Shown here piece by piece: positions 20,842-29,669 of a DNA stretch of 64,000 nucleotides. The first letter of the stretch is position 1, and each line of letters opens with the position of its first letter. This DNA is from Betaproteobacteria bacterium. GTDB lineage: Bacteria; Pseudomonadota; Gammaproteobacteria; Burkholderiales; SG8-39. The notes below the pieces were generated by a model. The model was not told where the DNA came from, did no database searches, and saw nothing but the letters and a program-made list of their open reading frames with translations. The position numbers were made by a program, and so were the translations under genes. Location of the stretch: NCBI GenBank assembly GCA_004298385.1, contig SCTX01000030.1, positions 12,069 to 76,068 of the forward strand. Reading direction: 5' to 3'.

Positions 20842-21226
20842 AATTGTTGAAGATGAGGAAAGTCTCGCCAGATTCCTCACTTCCTCCAGTCAATTCAACG
20901 CAAGCGGCGCGAAGCCGTCTGTTTTTTTACCGAATCCTAAAGATAGAGCGAAATCCGTGTTCCGTCACGGGAGTCAACCGAGGGACTCTCTCTGGCGAAT
21001 CGCGGAAGAACATATGGCTGGAGTCCGGACGCTTTATGGGGCGGCGATTGTCAAGGCAAAACATGTTCGATCCGCGCTGCTGGACGTGGTCGCTCAGGAA
21101 CCACCCCCACGGCATGCCAACATTGTCGGGTGGCCTTGGTCCGAAACTGATCCGGAGATGAGGAAAGCCGAACACATAGAGCGTGCTCTCGTTATCGTTC
21201 AGTGGGCCGAGGTGGTTCGGCGGTAA
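20813..21226 (+). CDS. Hypothetical protein, 137 aa
   Basis: TTG start at 20813 (or GTG at 20819) overlaps the previous gene by about 29 nt. Contains SVFRHGSQPRDSLW...PPPRHANIVGWPW. Family unknown. Confidence 0.5.
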   Translation: MEVLSSGLTEIVEDEESLARFLTSSSQFNASGAKPSVFLPNPKDRAKSVFRHGSQPRDSLWRIAEEHMAGVRTLYGAAIVKAKHVRSALLDVVAQEPPPRHANIVGWPWSETDPEMRKAEHIERALVIVQWAEVVRR

Positions 21227-21267
21227 CCACGGGATCGTCTACCGCGTCGCACACCTCCCGACAAACG

Positions 21268-23343
21268 ATGGATTTCCGCATCGCCGACACCTTCACCGAC
21301 AGCCTCGCGCGCCTGACCGGCGACGAACAGAAGGCCGCCAAGACCACCGCTTTCGATCTGCAGCTCAATCCGGTGAACCCCGGGATGCAGCTCCACAAGA
21401 TCGAGAAATCCAAGGACAAGAATTTCTGGTCGGTGCGCGTCGGCGCCGACATCCGCCTGATCGTGCACAAATCGCCGGGCAGCTTGCTGCTTTGCTACGT
21501 GGATCATCACGACAAGGCTTACGACTGGGCCAGGCGGCGGAGGCTGGAAGCGCATCCGAAGACGGGGGCGGCACAGTTTGTGGAGATCCGCGAGACGGTG
21601 CAGGAAATTCTGGTGCCGGCTTATGTCGAGGAGGCGAAGCCTGCGCCATATTTGGAGCCGTTGTTCGCGAAAGTTTCGGATGACGAGTTGCTCGGCTACG
21701 GCGTGCCCGCGGAGTGGCTGGCGGACGTGCGTGCCGCCACGGAAGGGACCCTGCTGACGCTGGCCGACCATTTGCCCGGCGAAGCGGCCGAGGCGCTGTT
21801 GGAACTGGCGACCGGCGGCAAACCGCGCGCGCCGCAGCCGGTCGCGCAGAAGGTGAACCCGTTCGATCATCCGGACGCGCAGCGCCGGTTCCGCGTGATG
21901 AGCAATGTGGAGGAGCTGGAGCGCGCGCTCGAGTTCCCGTGGGACAAATGGACGGTGTTTCTGCACCCGGAGCAGCGGCAATGGGTCGAGCGGGACTACG
22001 CCGGGCCGGCGCGGGTGTCGGGTTCCGCGGGCACGGGCAAGACCATCGTGGCGCTGCATCGTGCTGTGTACCTTGCGCGCAGCGATCCCGACAGCCGGGT
22101 GCTGCTGACGACGTTCTCCGAAACGCTGGCGAACGCGCTGCGCACGCGCTTGAGACGCTTGCTCGGCAACCAACCACGACTCGCCGAGCGGCTAGAGGTG
22201 CATGCCATGAATGCGATCGGCGAGCGTTTGTACGAGCAGCATTTTGGGAAGCCGCAGATCGCCACGCGCGAACTCATCCGCCGCTATATCGCGGCAGCGG
22301 TGGCAGAGCATGAAGGCCAGAAATTCAGCCCCGCTTTCCTGTTGTCGGAGTGGGAAGAGTTGGTCGATGCCTGGCATCTGGAGAACTGGGAGTCGTATCG
22401 GGACGTGAAGCGCCTGGGCAGGAAGACCCGCTTGCCCGAGGCCAGGCGCGCGACGCTTTGGGCGATGTTCGACGCGGTGCGTAAGCGCGTGGATGCCGAG
22501 GGGTTGGTCACCCGCGCGGGACTGTTCAATCGCCTGGCGGGCCAATTGCGTGAGCGCAAGCATCCGCCTTTCGACTATGTCGTGGTGGACGAGTCGCAAG
22601 ACGTGAGCGTGGCGCAACTGCGATTTCTGGCTGCGCTCGGAGCGGAGCGGCCAAATGGCCTCTTCTTTGCCGGCGATCTCGGACAGCGGATTTTCCAGCA
22701 GCCGTTTTCATGGAAATCCCTCGGCGTGGACATACGCGGCCGCGCGCGCACGCTGCATATCAACTACCGCACCTCGCATCAGATCCGGACGCAGGCGGAC
22801 CGGCTGCTCGCCCCCGAAGTGGCGGACGTGGACGGCAATGTCGAGGAACGCCGCGGCACGGTCTCGGTATTCAACGGACCGCCTCCTGTGGTTCAAGTCT
22901 TCGACAGCCAGGAAGAGGAAATCGAAGCGGCCGGTGCGTGGTTGGCTGAGAGGAGAAAGGAAGGCGTGATGTCTCACGAGATCGGCGTATTCGTGCGCTC
23001 GGAGGCGCAGCTGGAACGCGCCCGCGCAGCGCTCGCCCGAGCCGGACTGCCGTTCAAGGTGCTCGACGACGGCGTGGAGATAACCTACGGTCGGGTGTCT
23101 ATCAGTAGCATGCATCTGGCCAAGGGCCTGGAGTTCCGCGCGGTGGCGGTGATGGCCTGCGACGACGAAGTCATTCCGTTGCAGGCGCGCATCGAGACCG
23201 CGGCCGAGGATTCCGATCTGGAAGAGGTGTACAACACCGAACGCCACCTGCTGTACGTCGCCTGCACGCGGGCACGGGATCACCTGCTTGTCACAAGCGT
23301 AGAACCCGCGTCGGAATTTCTGGACGATCTTCAATCGAGATAA
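21268..23343 (+). CDS. UvrD/Rep-like SF1 helicase with an N-terminal RelE/ParE-like domain
   Basis: 691 aa from ATG 21268. Walker A is SGSAGTGKTIVALHRA and motif II is VVVDESQDVS, followed by INYRTSHQI, SMHLAKGLEFRAV and LLYVACTRARDHLLV. The first ~90 aa (FWSVRVGADIRLIVHKSPGSLLLCYVDHHDKAY) resemble the RelE/ParE toxin fold pattern. Confidence 0.85.
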   Translation: MDFRIADTFTDSLARLTGDEQKAAKTTAFDLQLNPVNPGMQLHKIEKSKDKNFWSVRVGADIRLIVHKSPGSLLLCYVDHHDKAYDWARRRRLEAHPKTGAAQFVEIRETVQEILVPAYVEEAKPAPYLEPLFAKVSDDELLGYGVPAEWLADVRAATEGTLLTLADHLPGEAAEALLELATGGKPRAPQPVAQKVNPFDHPDAQRRFRVMSNVEELERALEFPWDKWTVFLHPEQRQWVERDYAGPARVSGSAGTGKTIVALHRAVYLARSDPDSRVLLTTFSETLANALRTRLRRLLGNQPRLAERLEVHAMNAIGERLYEQHFGKPQIATRELIRRYIAAAVAEHEGQKFSPAFLLSEWEELVDAWHLENWESYRDVKRLGRKTRLPEARRATLWAMFDAVRKRVDAEGLVTRAGLFNRLAGQLRERKHPPFDYVVVDESQDVSVAQLRFLAALGAERPNGLFFAGDLGQRIFQQPFSWKSLGVDIRGRARTLHINYRTSHQIRTQADRLLAPEVADVDGNVEERRGTVSVFNGPPPVVQVFDSQEEEIEAAGAWLAERRKEGVMSHEIGVFVRSEAQLERARAALARAGLPFKVLDDGVEITYGRVSISSMHLAKGLEFRAVAVMACDDEVIPLQARIETAAEDSDLEEVYNTERHLLYVACTRARDHLLVTSVEPASEFLDDLQSR

Positions 23344-23413
23344 TAGAAGAACTTGTCATTCTACGGCGGTCTAAAATGGGAACGCGACATCCGCCCACCA
23401 ACCCAAGGTACAA

Positions 23414-23830
23414 ATGGCCACTACGGACTTCGACCCCAACGACACACCCGCCCCGCTCCCCCGCGATGGACTGATCACACTCACGCACGTGATCTACGGC
23501 TTGCACGCGTTCAGCGCCCTCACCGGCCTGCTGAGCTCGGCGCTGATCGTCACGGCCTTCCTCTCCGGCTGGCCGTCGATCATCGCGGTGATCCTCAACT
23601 ACGTGAAGCGCTCGGATGTGCGCGGCACCTGGCTCGATTCGCACTTCGGCTGGCAAATCCGCACGTTTTGGTTCGCGCTCTTGTTCTTCGTGGCGGGCGG
23701 AATTGCGTTCGTAACGGTGCTGGGAATTCCGATCGCGATAGTTGTCTGGATTTGCACCGGCATCTGGGTGCTCTACCGCATCGTGCGCGGCTGGATGGGG
23801 CTCGCTGAGAAGAAGGCGATGCCGCTGTAG
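23414..23830 (+). CDS. Small integral membrane protein (DUF4870/COG3671-like)
   Basis: 138 aa with about four transmembrane helices. Contains ILNYVKRSDVRGTWLDSHFGWQIRTFWF. Confidence 0.6.
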   Translation: MATTDFDPNDTPAPLPRDGLITLTHVIYGLHAFSALTGLLSSALIVTAFLSGWPSIIAVILNYVKRSDVRGTWLDSHFGWQIRTFWFALLFFVAGGIAFVTVLGIPIAIVVWICTGIWVLYRIVRGWMGLAEKKAMPL

Positions 23831-24041
23831 TTGGAGGATTGCCGAGGCTCTCCTCGATACGCGGGCACAGGCCAGTCCTCTCGGGCAAGCGCAAAGTGCC
23901 GCCGCAGCCGACATGCCTGCGGCTGGGACCGATTGCAATTACACCGACACCGGCGACCGCCGAGAGAATAACAATCAAAGCCGTGCTATAGTCATTTCGC
24001 TTGTTTTTTTGAAACGACAACCCGCGGAAGGAGGCTCACCC

Positions 24042-25238
24042 ATGAAACTCGGAATTCTCGGAATTACGTTGTTAGTAGCCGCGCTCGGCGCAACGTCGAC
24101 GCTGGCCCAGTCCAAAGCACCCGGCGTGACCGACACCGAGGTGACCATCGGCATAACGACGCCGCTATCGGGGCCTGCAGCCGCTTGGGGGACGACGGCG
24201 CTGGCAGCGGAGGCGTGGTCCAAGCACGTCAACGAGCAGGGTGGGGTGCATGGCCGCAAGATCAAGGTCGTGATGAAGGACGACGGCTATAATCCGGGCC
24301 GCGCCCTGGCCAACGTTAACGAAATGAAAGACTCGGTGTTCGCGCTCGTGGGTCTGCTCGGAACGGCGGTGCTCAACGCGAACAAGGACACTATCGCCGA
24401 CGCCAAGCTGCCCACCATCTGGCCCTACGGCAATCCGGAGGTGTTTGCCAAGCAGCCCAAGGAAAAGAACCGCACCGTTTTCATGGTGTATCCGGACTAC
24501 ACCGACGAGGGCGATTTCCTGGTGCAACAGGCCGCGAAGCTCACCGGAGCCAAAAAGGTGGCGGTCTTCTACCAGAACGACGACTACGGCAAGGGCGGGC
24601 TCGACGGCGTCAAGCGGGGCGTAGCCAAGCTGGCCGGATCGATGGCGCTGGCGGGGGAGGTAGCTTACGAGGTCGCGGACCGCGAACTGAGCACGCATGC
24701 GCTGAAGATCAAGGAGTCCGGCGCCGACAGCATCATTATCTACGCCACCGTAACCCACTGCGCCGGGCTGATCAAGGAAATGGCCAAGGTGGGCTACCGG
24801 CCGAAAATCTTCGCCTCGTTCCCTCTCGGTGACCGGCACACGATGTTCCGCCTGCTGGGCGAGCTCTGGGAAGGAGCCTATTACAACGTGACCGGGGCGG
24901 TCCCGGGCGAGCCAGAGGGGGACCGGATCATCGACATCCTGCTCAAGCAAGAGCCGAAACTGAAGGGACGGGAGAGCTTCGCCCTGACGGGCGCCGCGGC
25001 AATGATGGCCGCGGTCGAGGGCCTAAAACGCGCCGGGAAGAACCTGACCCGCGAGGGGTTCATCGAGGCCATGGAGAGTATCAGGGGCTGGTCGCCAGAG
25101 AAGCTAACGGCGCCGGTCACCTGGGGCCCGAACCGTCACCACGGAGGAAACCCGATTCGCATGATGCAGGCGATGAAGGCCGCCGACACCTCCTTTAAGA
25201 CGGTCACCGACTATCAGCCCTTCCCAGCCCACTTCTGA
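24042..25238 (+). CDS. ABC transporter periplasmic substrate-binding protein (Leu/Ile/Val-binding protein family)
   Basis: ATG at 24042 follows GGAAGGAGG. Signal peptide MKLGILGITLLVAALGATSTLAQ. Contains GITTPLSGPAAAWG...DDGYNPGRA. Confidence 0.85.
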   Translation: MKLGILGITLLVAALGATSTLAQSKAPGVTDTEVTIGITTPLSGPAAAWGTTALAAEAWSKHVNEQGGVHGRKIKVVMKDDGYNPGRALANVNEMKDSVFALVGLLGTAVLNANKDTIADAKLPTIWPYGNPEVFAKQPKEKNRTVFMVYPDYTDEGDFLVQQAAKLTGAKKVAVFYQNDDYGKGGLDGVKRGVAKLAGSMALAGEVAYEVADRELSTHALKIKESGADSIIIYATVTHCAGLIKEMAKVGYRPKIFASFPLGDRHTMFRLLGELWEGAYYNVTGAVPGEPEGDRIIDILLKQEPKLKGRESFALTGAAAMMAAVEGLKRAGKNLTREGFIEAMESIRGWSPEKLTAPVTWGPNRHHGGNPIRMMQAMKAADTSFKTVTDYQPFPAHF

Positions 25239-25345
25239 GCGGGGAGCGGATCACTGGCGAGCGCGCTCGTGGGAACCGCTTTTCCGGGCTCGCGCATTCG
25301 CTTGCAGGGAGCCCGAACTCCCATCCTCGAGTTGTGGTTCTGAAG

Positions 25346-26098
25346 ATGGGGGGTCTGCTCGAGGTCAAGGCGCTCGCTCTCCATTTCGGCGGCATCACGG
25401 CGCTCCAGGACGTGGGGCTGGCGATCGCCGAGGGGGAAACCCTTGCCGTCATCGGACCCAACGGATCGGGGAAGACCTCGCTGTTCAATTGCATCACCGG
25501 CATTTACCGGCCGAGCTCGGGCAGCATCTCGTTTCTGGAAGAGAGCCTGGTGGGCCGCTCCCCAGATGCCATCACTCAGCTCGGCGTCGCACGGACGTTC
25601 CAGAACCTGCGCCTGTTCCACAATATGAGCGTGCTCGACAACCTCATGGTGGGACGGCATCTGCACTTTCGCAAGAACTTCGTCCACGCAGCGCTGCGGC
25701 TGCGGGCGGAAGAAATCCGCCACCGGCGGCGCTGCGAGGAAATCATCGAGTTTCTCAATCTCGAGCCGGTGCGCAAGAGCAGGGCGGCCGACTGTCCCTA
25801 TGGCGTGCAAAAGCGCGTCGAGCTGGGACGCGCGCTCGCTACCGAGCCTAAGCTCCTGCTGTTGGACGAGCCCGTGTCCGGGCTGACGCAGGAGGAAAAG
25901 GAAGAGTTCAGCTATTGGATCCACGAGATTCGCGGGCGCTTCCGCATCACCATCCTGCTGGTGGAACACGACCTGCGGGTGGCCTCGCGGCTCGCGGACC
26001 GGATGGTGGCGCTCGACCACGGCGTGAAGATCGCTGAAGGAACCCCTGCGGAAGTGCAGCGCCACCCAGAAGTCATCAAGGCATATCTGGGCGAATGA
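25346..26098 (+). CDS. Branched-chain-type ABC transporter ATP-binding protein (LivG-like)
   Basis: Walker A GPNGSGKTS, LLLDEP, and VEHDLRVASRLADRMVALDHG. The start could instead be GTG at 25334. Confidence 0.9.
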   Translation: MGGLLEVKALALHFGGITALQDVGLAIAEGETLAVIGPNGSGKTSLFNCITGIYRPSSGSISFLEESLVGRSPDAITQLGVARTFQNLRLFHNMSVLDNLMVGRHLHFRKNFVHAALRLRAEEIRHRRRCEEIIEFLNLEPVRKSRAADCPYGVQKRVELGRALATEPKLLLLDEPVSGLTQEEKEEFSYWIHEIRGRFRITILLVEHDLRVASRLADRMVALDHGVKIAEGTPAEVQRHPEVIKAYLGE

Positions 26099-26871
26099 GC
26101 GCGCTGCTGCAAGTCTCCAGCATCGAGACGCTCTACTTCGACCGGATCTACGCCCTGTTCGGCGTGTCCCTGGAAGTGGAGGAAGGGGGGATCTTCACCG
26201 TCCTCGGCCCCAACGGCGCGGGCAAAACGACGCTGCTCAAGACTGTAGCCGGGCTGTTAAAGGATCAACCGAAGAAAGGCGAGATCCATTTCGCCGGCCA
26301 GCGCATCGACGGCTGGCAGCCCGAGGCGATTGCCCGCCTGGGCGTCGTCTACGTGCCTGAGGACCGGGGGCTGTTTAGGGAGTTGACCGTCGAGGAAAAC
26401 CTGGAGCTGGGGCTGTGGGGACGGCATGACGCGGGCATCGCCAAGGACCTGGCGTTCGTCTACGAAATGTTCCCGATTCTCCGTGAGAGGGCGCGCCAGC
26501 AGGCGGAGACGCTGTCCGGCGGCGAGCAGCAGATGCTGGCGCTGGGCCGGGCGATGCTGCGCCGGCCGCGCCTGTTGATGCTCGATGAGCCATCGCTTGG
26601 GCTCGCGCCGCGGATCGCCAAGAGCGTATATGAGGCGCTGACGGCCATCAGCAAGACCGGGACCACCATATTGCTGGTGGAGCAGAACGCGCGTTTGGCC
26701 CTGGGCGTGGCCCAGCGCGGCGCCATCTTCGAGGCGGGCCGCGTCGTACTCGAGGGGAATGCGCGCGAGCTCGGCGACAATGCGGACGTGCGCGAGGTCT
26801 ACCTCGGGGTCGGGACGACCGAAGAGCCGGCCAAGGAGTGGCGGCTTTACCGCAAGAAGAGGAGATGGTGA
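26095..26871 (+). CDS. Branched-chain-type ABC transporter ATP-binding protein (LivF-like)
   Basis: Walker A GPNGAGKTT, signature LSGGEQQMLALGRA, Walker B LLMLDEPSLGLAP. Confidence 0.9.
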   Translation: MSALLQVSSIETLYFDRIYALFGVSLEVEEGGIFTVLGPNGAGKTTLLKTVAGLLKDQPKKGEIHFAGQRIDGWQPEAIARLGVVYVPEDRGLFRELTVEENLELGLWGRHDAGIAKDLAFVYEMFPILRERARQQAETLSGGEQQMLALGRAMLRRPRLLMLDEPSLGLAPRIAKSVYEALTAISKTGTTILLVEQNARLALGVAQRGAIFEAGRVVLEGNARELGDNADVREVYLGVGTTEEPAKEWRLYRKKRRW

Positions 26872-28679
26872 TGAGCGCGGACCAGGCGGCGACCCTGCCG
26901 GCGCTGTTCGCCGAGCGCGTGGCCGAGCGCGGCGACAGGCTCGCGCTGCGCTACAAGGCGTATGGCATCTGGCACCGCGTGAGCTGGCGCCAGTACGGCT
27001 ACGAGGTCGACCGGGTGGCGGCAGCCCTCCTCGCCTTCGGCCTCAAGTCCCAGGAGAACGTGGCGGTGCTGGGTGAAAACCGGCCGGAGTGGCTGTACTG
27101 CCATCTCGGTATACAGGCGGTGCGCGGCGTGACCTGCGGCATCTATCCCACCTCCGCCGCCGAGCAAATCCAGTATCTGCTCAATCACTCGGAAGCGCGG
27201 CTGATTTTCCTCGAAAACGAGGAGCAGCTCGACAAGGTGCTCTCGGTCCTGGGCGATACCCGGATCGAGCGGGTCGTGGTGTGGGACGCGAAGGGACTGT
27301 GGGGGTTCGCCGACGAGCGGGTGCTGTTCTTCGACGACTTCCTCAAGCAGGGAGCGGCCTTCACAGAGGCGCGTCCAGGGGCGGTCAAACAGCGGCGCGA
27401 GAGCGTGGAGCCGCAGGACACGGCGATGATTATCTACACCTCCGGCACTACCGGACCGCCCAAGGGCGCCATGCTCTCCCACGCCTCCATCCTGTGGACG
27501 ACGCAGGCGCTGATGGCGGTGAATTCAGCAACGGCGGAGGACGAGGTGGTCTCCTACCTGCCCTTCGCCCACATCTACGAAAATCTGATCTCCGTGTTTC
27601 AGGCGATCCGCGTCGGTTATGTGGTTAACTTCGTCGAAAGCCTCGACACCCTGTTCGACAACCTGCGCGAGGTCTCGCCGACCTACTTCGCCAGCGTCCC
27701 GCGTATTTGGGAGAAGCTGGCTTCGACCGTGGAGCTGCGCATGGCCGATTCCACCTGGGCGAAGCGCAGCCTCTACCGCGCCGCCGTCGACGTAGGGCGC
27801 CGTTACGCACGGGTGAAGTTCTCCCCCGCGGGGCCCTCGCCGGGCCTCCGGTTCCTGTACCGCCTGGCCTGCTGGACCGTGCTCGACCCGCTCAAGCGGC
27901 GCTTGGGCTTCGACCGCACCCGCATCGCCGTGTGCGGCGCGGCGCCGGCCTCACCGGAGTTGTTCGAGTACTACCACGCGCTCGGCGTGCCTCTGATCGA
28001 GGGCTACGGACAGACCGAGTCCACAGGGGTGATCTCGATCAACCGAGCAGCGCGGCCGCGCGCGGCCACGGTCGGCCAGCCGGTGCCCGGGGTCGAGGTG
28101 GCCCTGGCCGACGACGGCGAAATCCTGACACGCGGCCCGCACGTATTCAAGGGGTATTTCAAGGAGCCGGAACTGAGCGCCGAGACCATCGACCGCGACG
28201 GCTGGCTGCATACCGGAGACGTTGGCGCGTGGGACGAAGGCTATCTCAAAATCATGGACCGGAAAAAAGATATCATCATCACCGCCGGCGGCAAGAACAT
28301 CACGCCAGCCTACATCGAGAACAAGCTCAAGTTCAGCCCCTACATCCAGGACGCGGTGGTCGTCGGCGATGGCAGGAAGTACCTGGTCGCGCTGATCCTC
28401 ATTGACGAGGACAATGTGACCAAGTTCGCGCAGGACCACCGGGTACCGTTCACGACGTTCCAAGACTTGACGCAGAACGCTGAGATCGTTCGCCTGATCG
28501 AGGCCGAGGTGGCGAAAGTGAACAGGACGCTGTCGCAGGTAGAAGGTGTCAAGAAGGTGGCGCTGCTGCCGCGCCGGTTCTACGAGGAGGAAGGAGACGT
28601 GACGCCGACGAAGAAAGTGAAACGCCGCGCGCTCGAGACGCGCTACTTCGATCTGATCAAGACGCTCTACAGCGCATAA
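26865..28679 (+). CDS. AMP-dependent (long-chain) acyl-CoA synthetase
   Basis: AMP-binding motif IIYTSGTTGPPKGAML, then GYGQTES and GWLHTGDVG. The start overlaps the livF-like stop. Confidence 0.85.
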   Translation: MVMSADQAATLPALFAERVAERGDRLALRYKAYGIWHRVSWRQYGYEVDRVAAALLAFGLKSQENVAVLGENRPEWLYCHLGIQAVRGVTCGIYPTSAAEQIQYLLNHSEARLIFLENEEQLDKVLSVLGDTRIERVVVWDAKGLWGFADERVLFFDDFLKQGAAFTEARPGAVKQRRESVEPQDTAMIIYTSGTTGPPKGAMLSHASILWTTQALMAVNSATAEDEVVSYLPFAHIYENLISVFQAIRVGYVVNFVESLDTLFDNLREVSPTYFASVPRIWEKLASTVELRMADSTWAKRSLYRAAVDVGRRYARVKFSPAGPSPGLRFLYRLACWTVLDPLKRRLGFDRTRIAVCGAAPASPELFEYYHALGVPLIEGYGQTESTGVISINRAARPRAATVGQPVPGVEVALADDGEILTRGPHVFKGYFKEPELSAETIDRDGWLHTGDVGAWDEGYLKIMDRKKDIIITAGGKNITPAYIENKLKFSPYIQDAVVVGDGRKYLVALILIDEDNVTKFAQDHRVPFTTFQDLTQNAEIVRLIEAEVAKVNRTLSQVEGVKKVALLPRRFYEEEGDVTPTKKVKRRALETRYFDLIKTLYSA

Positions 28680-29659
28680 TGGACCTGGTCGAATCCTACG
28701 CGCAGGATCTCGGCTTTGCCCGCAAGCGCATCACGCGCGCGCTGCTCGCGCTGCTGCTGATGGCGTTGCTGGCATTCCCGTGGGTGGCGCCGGACTACAT
28801 GGTGTTCATCGCCACGTTGGTGGCGCTGTTCTCCATCGGCGTCATCGGGCAGAACCTGCTCATCGGCTACACCGGCCAGATCTCCTTCGGCCAGGCGGGC
28901 TTCCTCGCCATCGGCGCCTTCAGCTTCGGCCACTTGAGCATCTGGGGCGCCCCGTTCCTCCTGGCGCTTGCGGGCGCCGGCCTCATGGCCGCGCTGGCCG
29001 GGGTGATCGTCGGCTTTCCCTCGCTGCGCTTGAAGGGGCCGTATCTGTCGATTGCGACGCTGGGCTTCGGCGTGGCCGTGTACCAGATTTTCGTCAACTC
29101 CGAGGTACTCTCCGGAGGGCGCTCGGGACTGGCCATCGCCAAGTTGAAGCCGATGTTCGGGCTGTCGAGCGTGCGTTACGAGTACTTCGTGTACATGCTC
29201 CTCCTCGCCGGCTTCACCTGGGTCAGCTACAACATCGTCTCCTCCTTCGTCGGCCGGGCCTTCGTCGCCATCCGCGACTCGGACATCGCCGCGGAAGTGA
29301 ACGGCGTGAACCTGACGCGCTACAAGCTGCTGGCGTTTGCGCTGTCCTCCTTCTATACGGGAGTCCACGGAGCGCTGTATGCACAAGTGCTGGGGCACAT
29401 CGAGCCGCAGATTTTCAACATCCTCGAGTCCATCACGCTGTTCGCAGCCGTGATTGTCGGCGGGGTGGCATCAATCGAGGGCTCGATCCTCGGCGCGGCC
29501 TTCGTCATCCTGGTACCCAAAGTCTTCGCCGATTTCCGCGAGATGGTCCCGGTGGTCTATGGGCTCGGCATCATCATCGTCCTGATGTTTCAGCCGCTCG
29601 GGCTATATGGCTTGTGGCTGAAGACGCGGCTGTATTTCCAACTCTGGCCCTTCCGCTGA
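28679..29659 (+). CDS. Branched-chain-type ABC transporter permease (LivM-like)
   Basis: 326 aa polytopic membrane protein with LLIGYTGQISFGQAGFLAIGAF. The ATG overlaps the preceding TAA. Confidence 0.85.
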   Translation: MDLVESYAQDLGFARKRITRALLALLLMALLAFPWVAPDYMVFIATLVALFSIGVIGQNLLIGYTGQISFGQAGFLAIGAFSFGHLSIWGAPFLLALAGAGLMAALAGVIVGFPSLRLKGPYLSIATLGFGVAVYQIFVNSEVLSGGRSGLAIAKLKPMFGLSSVRYEYFVYMLLLAGFTWVSYNIVSSFVGRAFVAIRDSDIAAEVNGVNLTRYKLLAFALSSFYTGVHGALYAQVLGHIEPQIFNILESITLFAAVIVGGVASIEGSILGAAFVILVPKVFADFREMVPVVYGLGIIIVLMFQPLGLYGLWLKTRLYFQLWPFR

Positions 29660-29669
29660 GTGGCTGATC

